NCBI GenBank assembly: GCA_030248215.1
Contig: JASANG010002430.1
Location: 186,001-250,000, forward strand
Direction: 5' to 3'
Length of the DNA: 64,000 nucleotides
From: Enoplolaimus lenunculus
Taxonomy: Eukaryota
Shown: piece after piece, positions 53,179-64,000 of the stretch
Position numbering within the stretch: position 1 is the stretch's first letter
How the letters are laid out: each line of letters opens with the position of its first letter
Position numbers and translations under genes: made by a program
The notes under the pieces: model-generated
Seen by the model: the letters and a program-made list of their open reading frames with translations, nothing else
What the model was told of the DNA's origin: nothing
Databases searched by the model: none

Positions 53179-54005
53179 GTAAGCAAATAAACGGACCGGC
53201 AAGTATTTGCAAGCAAACATCGCTTTCATTCCGAATCGTGACATAAATTTGTGTGAATAATTTGCAGACGACTGCAATAAATATGAAGCATAAGCTATAA
53301 CAAATCCTATTTAGTGCTTACAATTTAAATCTAGTCCCATCACCATCGCCGTAGATTGCAAAATTTCAAACAAGTTTGATACTTGAATTTATTCAAGCTT
53401 CTTGAATAAATTCAAAACCTGAAATCAAGAAGCGCTCAGCAGCACATTTTCGACTGACCAATCAAAATTCAGGTGCAAGAAATTTAGTAGACTTGTAACT
53501 GTGTTCACACATGTGAATTAACATTAATAGCATGAATTTCAGTGAATAATTTGCATCTGCACGAACTTCAAAGATGTTTTGTCACCGAACTTGCACATGC
53601 AAGTTGCACTTGCAAGTTTTTGCTGCAAAACCTGGCACGTGCGAATACGGGGTTTTTTAACGGGTTAAATTTCAAAACCACTATTCGAGGTTAACTTAAG
53701 TACCGGAATAGCTTGCAAACAAAACTGTTCATCAAAATCATTCAGCGGTTCCTAAGATTCTTGTCGGAGAGCAGGCGGACGAAGGTCCACCTTTCAATCT
53801 CTGTGTATAAAACATAAAACATTTCGCGAACCTTTTCACTTATTGCCTTAAATCGTTACGGTGCAAATCGTCATTCAGTTCAGTACTGGTTTTTTAGTTG
53901 GACCACGCGTCACTTGATCTATGCATATGCAGCATTTCAACCAACGATATTTTTTAATCATTGCTACTAAGGCCCAGCTCATTGCTAAATCACGATTGAC
54001 AGACG

Positions 54006-54085
<80 letters not shown>

Positions 54086-57000
54086 AAATATGAAAGCCAT
54101 GAATGCTAGAAGTATATACAAAAGCAAAAAAAGCATAGTTACTTGATGTAAGTACGCAAGTTATTATTGTCGCTAGTATTTATTTTTGACAAAATTTTCA
54201 GTGCAATCGTTATTATTTACAACGTGGATGGAGTAAATTTGACGCTGAATTTGGAACAGTGTGTTGCAATATTTAGCCGGAACGTTACTCGGTGGAACGA
54301 TCCACTTCTTGTGAAATCAAATCCTGCATTAAGTAAGCATAATGCAGAGATTAAAATTATAGCTCGACAAGATGAGTCCGACTCAACGCGAATATTGACA
54401 TCGGTACTGAGTGACACAAGTGATTATTGGCGCAACACTCGGGGTGTTTTTGTTACTGGTCAGCAAGACACAAGTAACAAAATTAAATCGCGAGGGTGGC
54501 CTTTGGATGCGATCTATATGTACGGCAAAGGAACTGCTGGAGTCCTTGGGTTTGTTAGTTCGATTCCGTATAGTATTGGGTACGCGTCGTTTTCAGCTGC
54601 GATGACGCTAAATTTGCAAATTGCACAGTTATACAACAAAATGAAAGTTCTGATTCCGTCAGACCGTATATCGCAAAGTGTTCGCAGCGCAACCGATTAT
54701 TCGATGAGAACTTTCGGAAACAGGCTGGTAACCAGTTTGACCAATGCGCCTACTCGTGAAGGATACCCAATGTCAACATATACTTACATGGTTGTTAATA
54801 AAACCACATCATCTACAGTTTCGTGCAAACAAATGGTGGAATTTTTGCGGTTTATTAATTGGGCTTTATCTGATCCGATTGCAAGAGAAATTGCCATTTC
54901 TTACTCGACGGTGCCATTAGCAACACCTATGGTCAAAAAGGTAGAAGAAAACATTTTGAGGGTAAGCGCAGTCGAACAGAAAAGCTTTGTAGTTTATTCT
55001 GTCACAGTTAAAGTTCAGAAAACAGTGTTAATTGCTGTATATTCTGCAACTGAAGGATTATGTTGTTAAACCGTGGCGATATTCTACTTCAAAGAATTAA
55101 AAACTTAACAGTCGACCAACGAGAAATTACAGCCAGTCGTGGCATTTTCAGTAAAGTTATAAATCTATCCATAGAACATACATAATTATTAAAGTGCAAA
55201 CTCCTAGCTTTGGCGGAGTTATTCCGCTATGTTCCAAAAGTGGAACGTTGGCGCTTGGGTAGCTAATAATTTTCATATTGACAGTTCAGTAATTCTGAAG
55301 ATTTTCTTGTTTAATATTCGTAAGAGTGTATGCACGGGACTCATCAGGTTTTATTACATTATTTTCCTCAGTTTTGCGTTTCTTTTGAACATTAAATTCG
55401 CAATTTTTGAGTATAGTAAAAACAAGAAGCACCCCTAAGCAATTGCAGTCCAAATATTTGGAACGGTGATGGCGGACCACCAGTAAGCACAATTCATGTT
55501 TCATGCTATAGTTAGCAATAAGTGTAACATAATTCTTTACCGGCGCAACAGCCATAAGCCTAACAATCGTCCATGACAGGCATTAAAACAGCGGACAAAC
55601 TACTTTGGCAATCACTTGTCACCTTAACACTAGTCAGTACGATGCACGTGAATGAATTACAAACTACCCTACCCATAGATTTTGAGTATATTGGAGAAAC
55701 GTTCGCTTCACTTATAGAAATTTGCCTTGCTGACGGTAAACTGAGAAATTTTAGACGAAAACCGCTAAATTCAATGCATTGCCAATAATATTGCTGTTTG
55801 TTGTACGAGGTTTGTCAACTGGTGTATATTAACTCCATATATTTGAATAAAACAACAATTGAACTGGCAGCGAGCGACGCGTTTACCGTTACACAGTCTA
55901 GGTTTTGGCACGATTCTAAGTAAACTTGGCATGAAAAAGCCGCAAATTGCATCAAAATCGAAAGCACAAAATTAATGTTTATTATGCGATCTATTTAAGG
56001 CATTTAAAACTTGCAATAACAACGCTTGAAAAATTTTGATATACTTTGATAAGTCAGGAATTTAGTTCGATGAAATTTATAACAAACACACATACTAATT
56101 AACACAGTACTACGGAGCGATTTACGCTTTGAAAATCAGTGATAATTGATTATATATTGAAAAAGAAAATTGCTTTCATTTTTCTTTCCAGGTCCAGATA
56201 AGCACATGGAGTGGCAAATAGTAATTTTTCCTTTAACAAGTTCATTAAAAACCTTCATTTCACTATATAATGCAATGTAAAAATGTTGATTTTGGTCCAG
56301 TCATGATTGCACACATTAACTGCTTTCATATTACAGCGCATAACGTGTCGTGGACAAAATTTGTGGCAATTGATGGAAGATGATATCACTGAAGAACTTG
56401 GAATAATTCAACGTAAAAAGACCTTAGTCATTGTACAAACAACAATACTTGTGATTCTATTTATAAGTACAATAGTTGCGTGCAGTATATTACAAAAATA
56501 TCGTCTGAACAAAGCGGCAAACGCAAAAGCATGGCTGTGGAATGAAGCAGATCTGAAACTGTTTGTCAAAAGTAGCATGTCTGTAGGCAGCAGAAATACA
56601 CTTGAAGTCGAAGCCGACAATTTGCTGCAAAAAATTAGTAAACGTCAAAAGTTTGCAACAAGTCAGGATCAAACATATGTACTGTTCGAAGCGACGTTTA
56701 AACGTCTGCCGGAAAATTTTTCGCTACGAAGTAATCGTATGGTGACAGAGTTGATACAGAAAATAAACCACGAAGGTATTATGCGACTGAATGGAGTTGT
56801 ACTGCTGAGTGCCGGACTGAAGTGCTATTATTTGTTCGCAGCGCAAGAAGTCAGTTGGTTACATTTTGTGTTCAAAACATCGAGATACCGAATTAGCGAT
56901 GAAGTCCGCCTTGCAATTGCAATAGATGCTGCGCAAGCAATGGAGTATTTACATGACAAAGGCGTAGTACATACTACATTGAATTCGTTGTCTTGTTTCT

Positions 57001-60000
57001 TGGATTCAAAATGGTCGGTCAAAATTGGCGATTGGTGCAAGAAAGACATTTACGAGACAGAAGGTGGAAAAACCAACTGGTGCAGTCAACTTTCCGCTCA
57101 AATTAACACATATTTGGATCAGTTGGACAGCGATGAATCGGAACAAAAAATTATACTACAATATATAGATCCGAAAGTGTTTGTGTTTGTAAGCTCCGTA
57201 GATGCTACTTGTCAATCAATGGATTCGTACAGTTTTGGCATGTTGATGATAGAAATGTGGACGAAGTTGACACCTTTGCACGAGAAAAATACCGGGATGC
57301 CGATTGACGAGGGTATCCGATCCGTTATGTCTGGACGAAGTAGAGCAGAAGCCCCCGAAACAATCAATGAAACGATACGTGAGATTATCAAGATGCTCAT
57401 ACAACCAAACGATGAGGCGCGACCAAGTTTCAAGAACGTTGTCATCAGTTTGCGCGAGTCGAAATCAAACGATTCACACCAAGATGGTATTGTTAGCACT
57501 TTAATGCGATCGATGGAAGAATACATGGCGAATCTAGAAGTTAGGGTAAGTATATACGTAATTTACTTTACAAAATACTATTTATGCTTTCTTACACATT
57601 GTCATCGGTCACTCCTACATGCAGCTTTGAATATGTTAACGATTTATTTGTCATGAAACTGTATGCTGACAAATTATATTCGCTATGTGACTATTGCTGG
57701 CTTTTGAATATCACAGCTTGTGCAACGTTGCGAAATTGACTAAACTATTTTATGATTGCAAAGTCTGTGAAACATGCTTGTCTGTTATGTTCACTTGCAT
57801 TATAGTGCAGTGCACTGTATGTATGTTGACCGGCAGCATACGTATCGACGAATAGTCGAAGAGAAAATACTTGGAGAAGTGGGCTGTGTGCGCAGTGGCA
57901 GACAGTTCGGCTACAGATCTACAGGTCGCTAGTTCGAAACCGCTTCGTACGCCTGCTTTTCCAGCTGTTGTGTAAAAAGGTGTGACGTCCCGATCGATCA
58001 CACCTAGACTAACAATGAGTGTGTGTTTGGTATAGTGTAATACATATTTGTTGCTACGTTTTCTACGTAGATACAAGAAAGAACGCAAGAATTAAAGGCT
58101 GCGAACGACAAAGTTGAAGATTTATTGCAAGCAATGTTACCAGTAGACGTCGCGAAAAAACTGTTGAACGGCGAACAAGTGGAGCCTGAGTTTTTTAACG
58201 AAGCGAGCATTTATTTTTCTGACATTATCGGTTGGTACTTAGCGTGTATTTGGTTTCGATTTTGGTATTCGAGGAGACAGTTGTAGAAAAATGAACGTTT
58301 GGTTTGACGCACGTATTCTAAATTTCTATGAAAAACCCGTATCAGCGTAGTAAGGTTTAAGCGCAGTTTTCAAAACAGTTTCTTTACAATTTGAAGGCAG
58401 TAAATGCGGTATTGTCTGTTGAAAATATTTGTGTAAAAAATTTTCATTATGCTTAACGGCTTTGAATTTTTTATGAAGTTGCATTGTAAAAATCGTTTTC
58501 ATGCAAGCAACAACAGTGAAATATGCTTGCGTTTTTCATAATAATACCGATTTGCACTTGACATTTGCGAAAATGTTAATTTATCTACAGAATCAAATAG
58601 ATGGCGTTGAAGATTTCCACCAACTCTGTTTAGCTACATTTCTAGCACAATGTCTTCACCATTTATACTTTTACTGGTAGGGCCGCCACGTACAGAAAAG
58701 GTCTCGAACACAGACGTAAGCTTTAGACCATCGATATGTCTTTAGGTGGCTTAGGTTAAAGCTTAGATTCACACATCGGGTTAAAGCTTCTAAAATCATT
58801 GTCCACGACTATTGTTCTAGGACCATAATTGTTATAGCAAAATATAGAAAAACCAGAAGGAAAGAACATTTGTTTGTTTATGGGGGGACCTTTTCAACTG
58901 TAGGGGTAAGTTTAGTAGCGCCAGTATATCATGCTATGTATGCACTGCACGCATTATAACCTGAAAATGAACACACAGCGGAGGTGGCATTTGCGGAGGA
59001 TGGCCTAAGTTAAATAGTTACGCTTTGGGCAGCAGTGGTAAAACGAGCATTTTTCATAAACCGTTATGCAACATTGAGGTATCTCTGCATGTTTATAAGC
59101 AGAAAAGTGCTCTGAACACTCAAACAGGGGCGAATACACGGGGAATATAAACGTCTAACTTTTTGGAGAGACTATTAAAGCACTTAACAGGTTTAAGAAT
59201 AACCTACTGGTTAAGCTTATTCCGTTGCGAAATGAAGTCTTGGCTACTTTCAACGACTAAGGAATGTTGAAATTGCAAATTTTATATATAAATAAATAAT
59301 TAGATGGTACAAATAAAATGGCACTACTTATTGTACAGGGCCACACACTAAGAAATTGCAAGATATGCACATAATCTAACTACGTTTATGGGTCATCCAT
59401 GCAAAAACGCACACATAGTTGTAAAAAATTGTTCATCTACACCCATAGAAGTAATGTCAAAAAACAATGCTATAACCAGGACCTGTTGAAAACACACCAT
59501 GAACTAGATAGCCGGTTTTGTTCTGACAGTGTTCCAAGGAAGTAGAATAAAATAGATTCACTTTGTAGCGACTGCTGACAAAAGGTAGATTCTCGGTACA
59601 GTATTGTTTCTGCGAACTAATTTTTAATTTCTTTGTACATAGCTTCTGCTAAATAAACGTTGAAAAATAGTCCTTCCAACAGTGTCTCATCTTCTAGTGT
59701 AAAGACATTATGCACTATGCATCGTGTGCCGTTGCGATATTGGAGATCCCGTGAGCAGCCGGCTCCCGCTCTGGCAAACCGACATCGAACTCCTCCGGTA
59801 TTTTACCTTGCCGAATATTATTTTTAAAAACAGCCTTGATCCGAGCCATGGATGTGTGGAGACTGGTCATGAAGTCTCGGCCTCACTCAACTTTTGGTCA
59901 TGTCCGAAAAATATAAACTTTCAAAATAAAGTATTTCTAATGCTTTTTCGTAGTTTTTTGGGTTTTTCATAGTTTTTTGTCTTTTTCAAAATAACTGCTC

Positions 60001-62869
60001 ATAATTATTGCGCAACTATGAAAGTTCACTGATTCATATCGAATTTTTCTTCAGCGGGAATAACTTGCTTTAACAATATTAACTTCTGCTTTTTACAAGT
60101 CTGCCAGCATTTTATGAACCCTCGAGTACTGGTGTCGTTTTCAAACCGCGGAGATTCAGGAAACCGAGACATGCCAAATACCCGGACAGGTCAAGACTGA
60201 GACCGAGACTCCTATTCCTGATCTTAGCCACGTCTGTCTCGAGCTGGTGGAGTATAACGGAACAGACTCACAAACACAAAGAATAGTAATTAGGGTCGTT
60301 GTTAAAGTGTTAAAAATGCATCGGCGTTAAATGTTAAACTTGGTCACGTAAACACTCTGCGTACCTTAAGCCACGGAAGGAAGAATTGTAATACATTCTG
60401 ATATTTGAACGCAAGCTAGTATTATATTTAAATTCATTATCCGGCTCCAGCTCCGGCCGGATATTAGAATATCTGGCTCCGGCTACGACTCAGTCAGTTT
60501 TTGATATGCGGTCGCACCCTGGAAGGAGGTTCTGTATTGTCATTGGACTCTGTAAAGAGACTAGTTTTAATTATAACATCCTTAAACAGAGTTTCTGTAA
60601 ATGACATACGTACTTACCCAGGCCTGCACAATTTTTTACAGTAGTGCGCAGAACTATTACGTGGATGACCCATTAATGTCCTCGCAACTACTTCATGGGA
60701 TTTTGCAAATTTTCACATTTAAATTAACGATCTATGCCATATTTTGTAACGTAAACATCACATGTTACTGGTTGGCAATAAGTCTTGTAAAAGCAATTAC
60801 CGAATGTTCACTTCATTTGTTCGACATTTGCGCGGATTTTGTGAAACATCATTGCGCTAACACACTTGTTTGAAATCTATTTTATCTGCGACAGATGCTA
60901 ACAGTTAATAGTACGACTCTTAATGCTAATACGTATTGCTTTTTTAGGATTTGCTAAAATTGCTACGGAATCATCACCGCTGCAAATCGTGAACCTTCTT
61001 AATAAGATTTATATTCTTTTTGATGAATGTATCGACAAGTTTGACGTTTACAAAGTTGAAACAATTGGTATGATACGCAAGAAAAAATTGTAGCTTGGTG
61101 TTGGAAAGCGTGACATGGCTGGCATACATAAGTAGTGTATTCCGTTATCCCAAGAATACATTCGCATTTGTTTGTTACTTTTTAATCACATTTTATGACT
61201 ATTGTTCATCCAATTTGAAAGTTATTAAAAATTTCTATGCGTGAGAGCTAGTATCTCAGTTTGTATACAGGAAACTGCTTTTCAAACCTTTCGCAAATTC
61301 TATGCGTTTAGCTGAACGTGAAAAGTTAGTCAAATGCTGTTACATTTTCGGCAATGAGAAAATTAGGCGTATTTGGCTGAAATGTGCTAAATGTACGATG
61401 ACAAAAAATGTTCCTTAGATAGACTTATGAGGACACTAAAACATCTGGTTTAACTTTTAATCGGCAATATAAATAAAACCGTGACATAAATTAAAACCAT
61501 ACTGAAGAACTTCAACACCAGTTTTTCATATTGCTATTTTAGGAGACGCATACATGTGCGTTTCTGGTGTTCCCAAGCGTAACGAACAACGTCATATTTG
61601 TGAAATAACGAAAATGGCATTGTCAATTGTAAAAAGCATGAAAGGGTTTATGCTGCCCCATAATCCATCAAAAAGTGTTCAAATTCGTGTTGGAATCAAT
61701 TCTGGGCCCGTGATGGCTGGAGTAGTGGGCGTTACAATGCCGCGGTACTGCCTGTTTGGCGATGCCGGTATGCATTGATGTCGCGTTCTGACAACCTACC
61801 TGTCGGATTAATTGTTCCCAATGTCGACCTCACCGTAACAATAACCATTATCCTAATTATATTGCAATGCAAAAACTGTCTGTTTTATTTTAACATCATC
61901 GAATCAGGGTCAATTTATTTTTCTAAAATATTCGAAGTGCCTTCAACATTTTAGAGAACTTGGTTACCGGAAATGCCTATTCCAAGGCGGACACCCATAA
62001 CGCTGCAAGCATGTACCTAGGCTTTTTTCTTAATTGAAACTGTATCACTGCCTATGTTTATGGGAAAGAACAATAGCTTAAAACATATTTTTTTACCATT
62101 TCAAATATAATGTTCTTTTTTTCATTTGTTTAATGAATAGTTTAATGACTTAATTATTTTTTATACAAATGCAGTCAACACAGCTTCTCGTATGGAGTCA
62201 ACCAGTAAAGCGATGCGCATTCATGCTTCAAAAACTATTGTTTCCTTACTACGGATTCACTATCCGGATGATTTTAAATGCACTAAACGCGGAGTTATTG
62301 AAGTCAAAGTATGTATTGCGGTTTTCTTAGTACTAGTCTTCACCGATACCGGGGACGCTTTTCCTTAAGACTTCGCGAAGCAGAAGTGTGTCACACTGCG
62401 AAATTCTGTTTTAGTATCTGTAATATAGCGTGTGAATACAAGCTTGTGAATCCAAACCTATTTTAAATCCAGGCGTTTATTTCTGAAAACAGCTACTACA
62501 GCCGGTAATTTTGCAGTTTTGTTTAGAAAATTGGTTTTGTTAAGTAAACTTATTTCATGAACTTTAGTAGATACTTGGATTTTCAGATTAATTTCGTTCC
62601 AAACTTTAAAATCTAAACATCGAACGTCAGAAAAATGTTTACGTTACGAAGCACTGAAACATCATAATTACGCTGCAAATCATGTCATTTGTTGAAAGGT
62701 TTTCCATTTTTAGGGTAAAGGCCAAATGGAAACGTTCTGGATACACGAATCAGATACAAATTACGAATTGGATGCTGTAATACCAGGAATGAATGATGAA
62801 TTTCAAGAAGAAGAAGAATTGATCTTACTAGGAACCGAAAAAAAGGACCAAGTCAAAGAAGAAACATAA
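52847..62869 (+). CDS. Receptor (membrane) guanylyl cyclase with PstS-type phosphate-binding extracellular domain; 8 exons: 52847-53178, 54202-54961, 56337-57545, 58071-58230, 60948-61067, 61543-61767, 62175-62308, 62714-62869 (3096 nt, about 1031 aa)
   Basis: All seven introns are GT..AG with matching phases (2,0,0,1,1,1,0), giving one open frame. Signal peptide [21 protein letters not shown]; PstS motifs ([70 protein letters not shown]); one TM helix; kinase-homology domain; cyclase motifs [51 protein letters not shown]. An alternative in-frame ATG lies at 52763. Confidence 0.92.
54007..54082. repeat. (TA)n microsatellite in cyclase intron 1
   Basis: Directly visible. Confidence 0.95.
54202..54961 (+). 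CDS. Cyclase exon 2: remainder of PstS-like (type II periplasmic binding protein) domain
   Basis: Acceptor ttttcag; ORF 54167-55069; collinear PstS motifs through [10 protein letters not shown]; donor AGG|gtaagc. Confidence 0.92.
56337..57545 (+). CDS. Cyclase exon 3: transmembrane helix, kinase-homology (pseudokinase) domain and start of dimerisation coiled coil
   Basis: [83 protein letters not shown]; acceptor ttacag, donor gtaagt. Confidence 0.92.
57881..57990 (+). mobile_element. tRNA-derived SINE head or pseudo-tRNA
   Basis: A-box-like tgcgcagtgg and B-box gttcgaaac at tRNA spacing, but stems pair poorly. Confidence 0.4.
58071..58230 (+). CDS. Cyclase exon 4: coiled coil and start of catalytic domain (not in the ORF track)
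   Basis: Translates [53 protein letters not shown](G); bounded by tag and gt. Confidence 0.92.
60948..61067 (+). CDS. Cyclase exon 5 (catalytic domain)
   Basis: (G)[39 protein letters not shown](G); tttttag acceptor, gtatga donor. Confidence 0.92.
61543..61767 (+). CDS. Cyclase exon 6 (catalytic domain)
   Basis: (G)[10 protein letters not shown]...[28 protein letters not shown]; ttttag acceptor, gtatgc donor. Confidence 0.95.
62175..62308 (+). CDS. Cyclase exon 7 (catalytic domain)
   Basis: (V)[44 protein letters not shown]; gcag acceptor, gtatgt donor. Confidence 0.92.
62714..62869 (+). CDS. Cyclase exon 8: end of catalytic domain and acidic C-terminal tail
   Basis: [51 protein letters not shown]; tttttag acceptor. 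Confidence 0.9.
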   Translation, partial: GKGQMETFWIHESDTNYELDAVIPGMNDEFQEEEELILLGTEKKDQVKEET

Positions 62870-64000
62870 TTTGATTGAGCGACCCACAATTGATTTTTAA
62901 ATTTCATGTTTAAATTCCACATTGTATTATTTATCGAATTCTAATTCAATATGAGTGGTCATCTATTATTGGTCATAAACCTTCAACACATTGTACACGA
63001 AATATTAAAAACTTAAAAATGTGCAATTGACAGTGGAACTTTCAAACTTATGGCTATTTACTTTGTACACACATTTACTCAAATTGTATGTTTGGCTTCT
63101 GATAACCAATATTCCGCTGAGTACTCTAGGTTGTATAGGCAATAATATATGTACTATTGTGGAACAAGTACAAAATTTCTTGAATTTTATCATAGCGTGT
63201 ATTAGAAATAGGTAACGAAATAAATCCTCCAAATTTTTTGAGCGGAGCAAAAGTTCACTTTTTTACAGGCTTTCGAATAACCTATTAAAACTTTAGTTGC
63301 ATTTAAGGATTTATGTTTGCTGTTGAAAAGAATGCCTGGTCCTGGGGATTGCATTAATGCTGTTAATACAGACATGATTCTGAGCAGTACAGATACTCTC
63401 TGCTAGGGCTGTTCTTGTACTATTCGTTCTTGTGTTTTATATTTTTTCTTTATTTATGTTACACAATTGCTTTCTTTGCATATAATTGGTACAATTTTGC
63501 ACCCCATGTTTAAGTACTCTGATGAGGTTTTCGGATCGGGTGTCGTTAATTCAGAATAGCTTTAATGTTGTAAATTTACTATGACCAGAGCTTAACAGTT
63601 TAATGGCCAAGTTCTTAAAATTGCATATCAAATTACGAAATGCGAACTAGGTTTGCAGTTTTCAACCTAGTTATAAATGTGATCCAACGATCTTAGCTTT
63701 ACTCTAAACGATCTTTTTAATTGAATATGTGTTACTTTTTTGCACTATTTTGTGTTGTGTTAGTAAATTCAGAATTACATCGGTTTGTCTAATTCTTGTA
63801 ACCAAATGATAACAGCTCATGTTATAGAACATACCCCAAACGTTCTCCTTGACTAAAGTTGAAGTTCTAATTTTGCTTAGGCTCATGCTCAGATTCATGC
63901 ATAGGCTGAGGTTTATACTTAGGCACACATGCACGTTTATAACGTTCTGGTTTGTTGAACTCACGGGTAAGCTAAACTATAGAAGTTGTGGTGTTGCAAC

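Noticed and set aside
52763..55069. Bacterial pstS gene from contamination or a symbiont
   Set aside because: Split by a GT-AG intron, spliceable in frame to animal-type rGC exons, and no pstCAB/phoU neighbours.
57881..57955. Functional tRNA gene
   Set aside because: A and B boxes are present, but acceptor and anticodon stems do not pair; kept only as a SINE-like remnant.

Overview
AT-rich, intron-containing, repeat-dense eukaryotic (animal-like) genomic DNA. No prokaryotic operons, rRNA or CRISPR arrays were seen. Three spliced genes could be reconstructed by hand with phase-consistent splice sites. (1) + strand, 52847-62869, 8 exons, about 1031 aa: a receptor guanylyl cyclase (signal peptide, extracellular domain, TM, pseudokinase, coiled coil, cyclase). 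Its extracellular domain is a full-length homolog of the bacterial ABC-transporter phosphate-binding protein PstS instead of the usual ANF/Venus-flytrap domain. It is a candidate extracellular phosphate/oxyanion-to-cGMP receptor and the most striking item in the window. (2) - strand, 46148-39645, about 930-950 aa: a divergent orphan class C GPCR, head-to-head with the cyclase; one exon boundary is unresolved. (3) + strand, 31038-33083, 3 exons, 230 aa: a secreted pre-pro-protein with a furin site and a 12-Cys mature domain. A partial poly-Q gene lies at about 11.7-13 kb (- strand). The rest is non-autonomous transposons (hAT-like, CACTA-like, TA-flanked MITEs, a DINE-1/Helentron-like element, a TTAGGC-rich family), microsatellites and a poly-G tract that is probably an artefact. 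All homology calls come from motif recognition by eye, not database searches.
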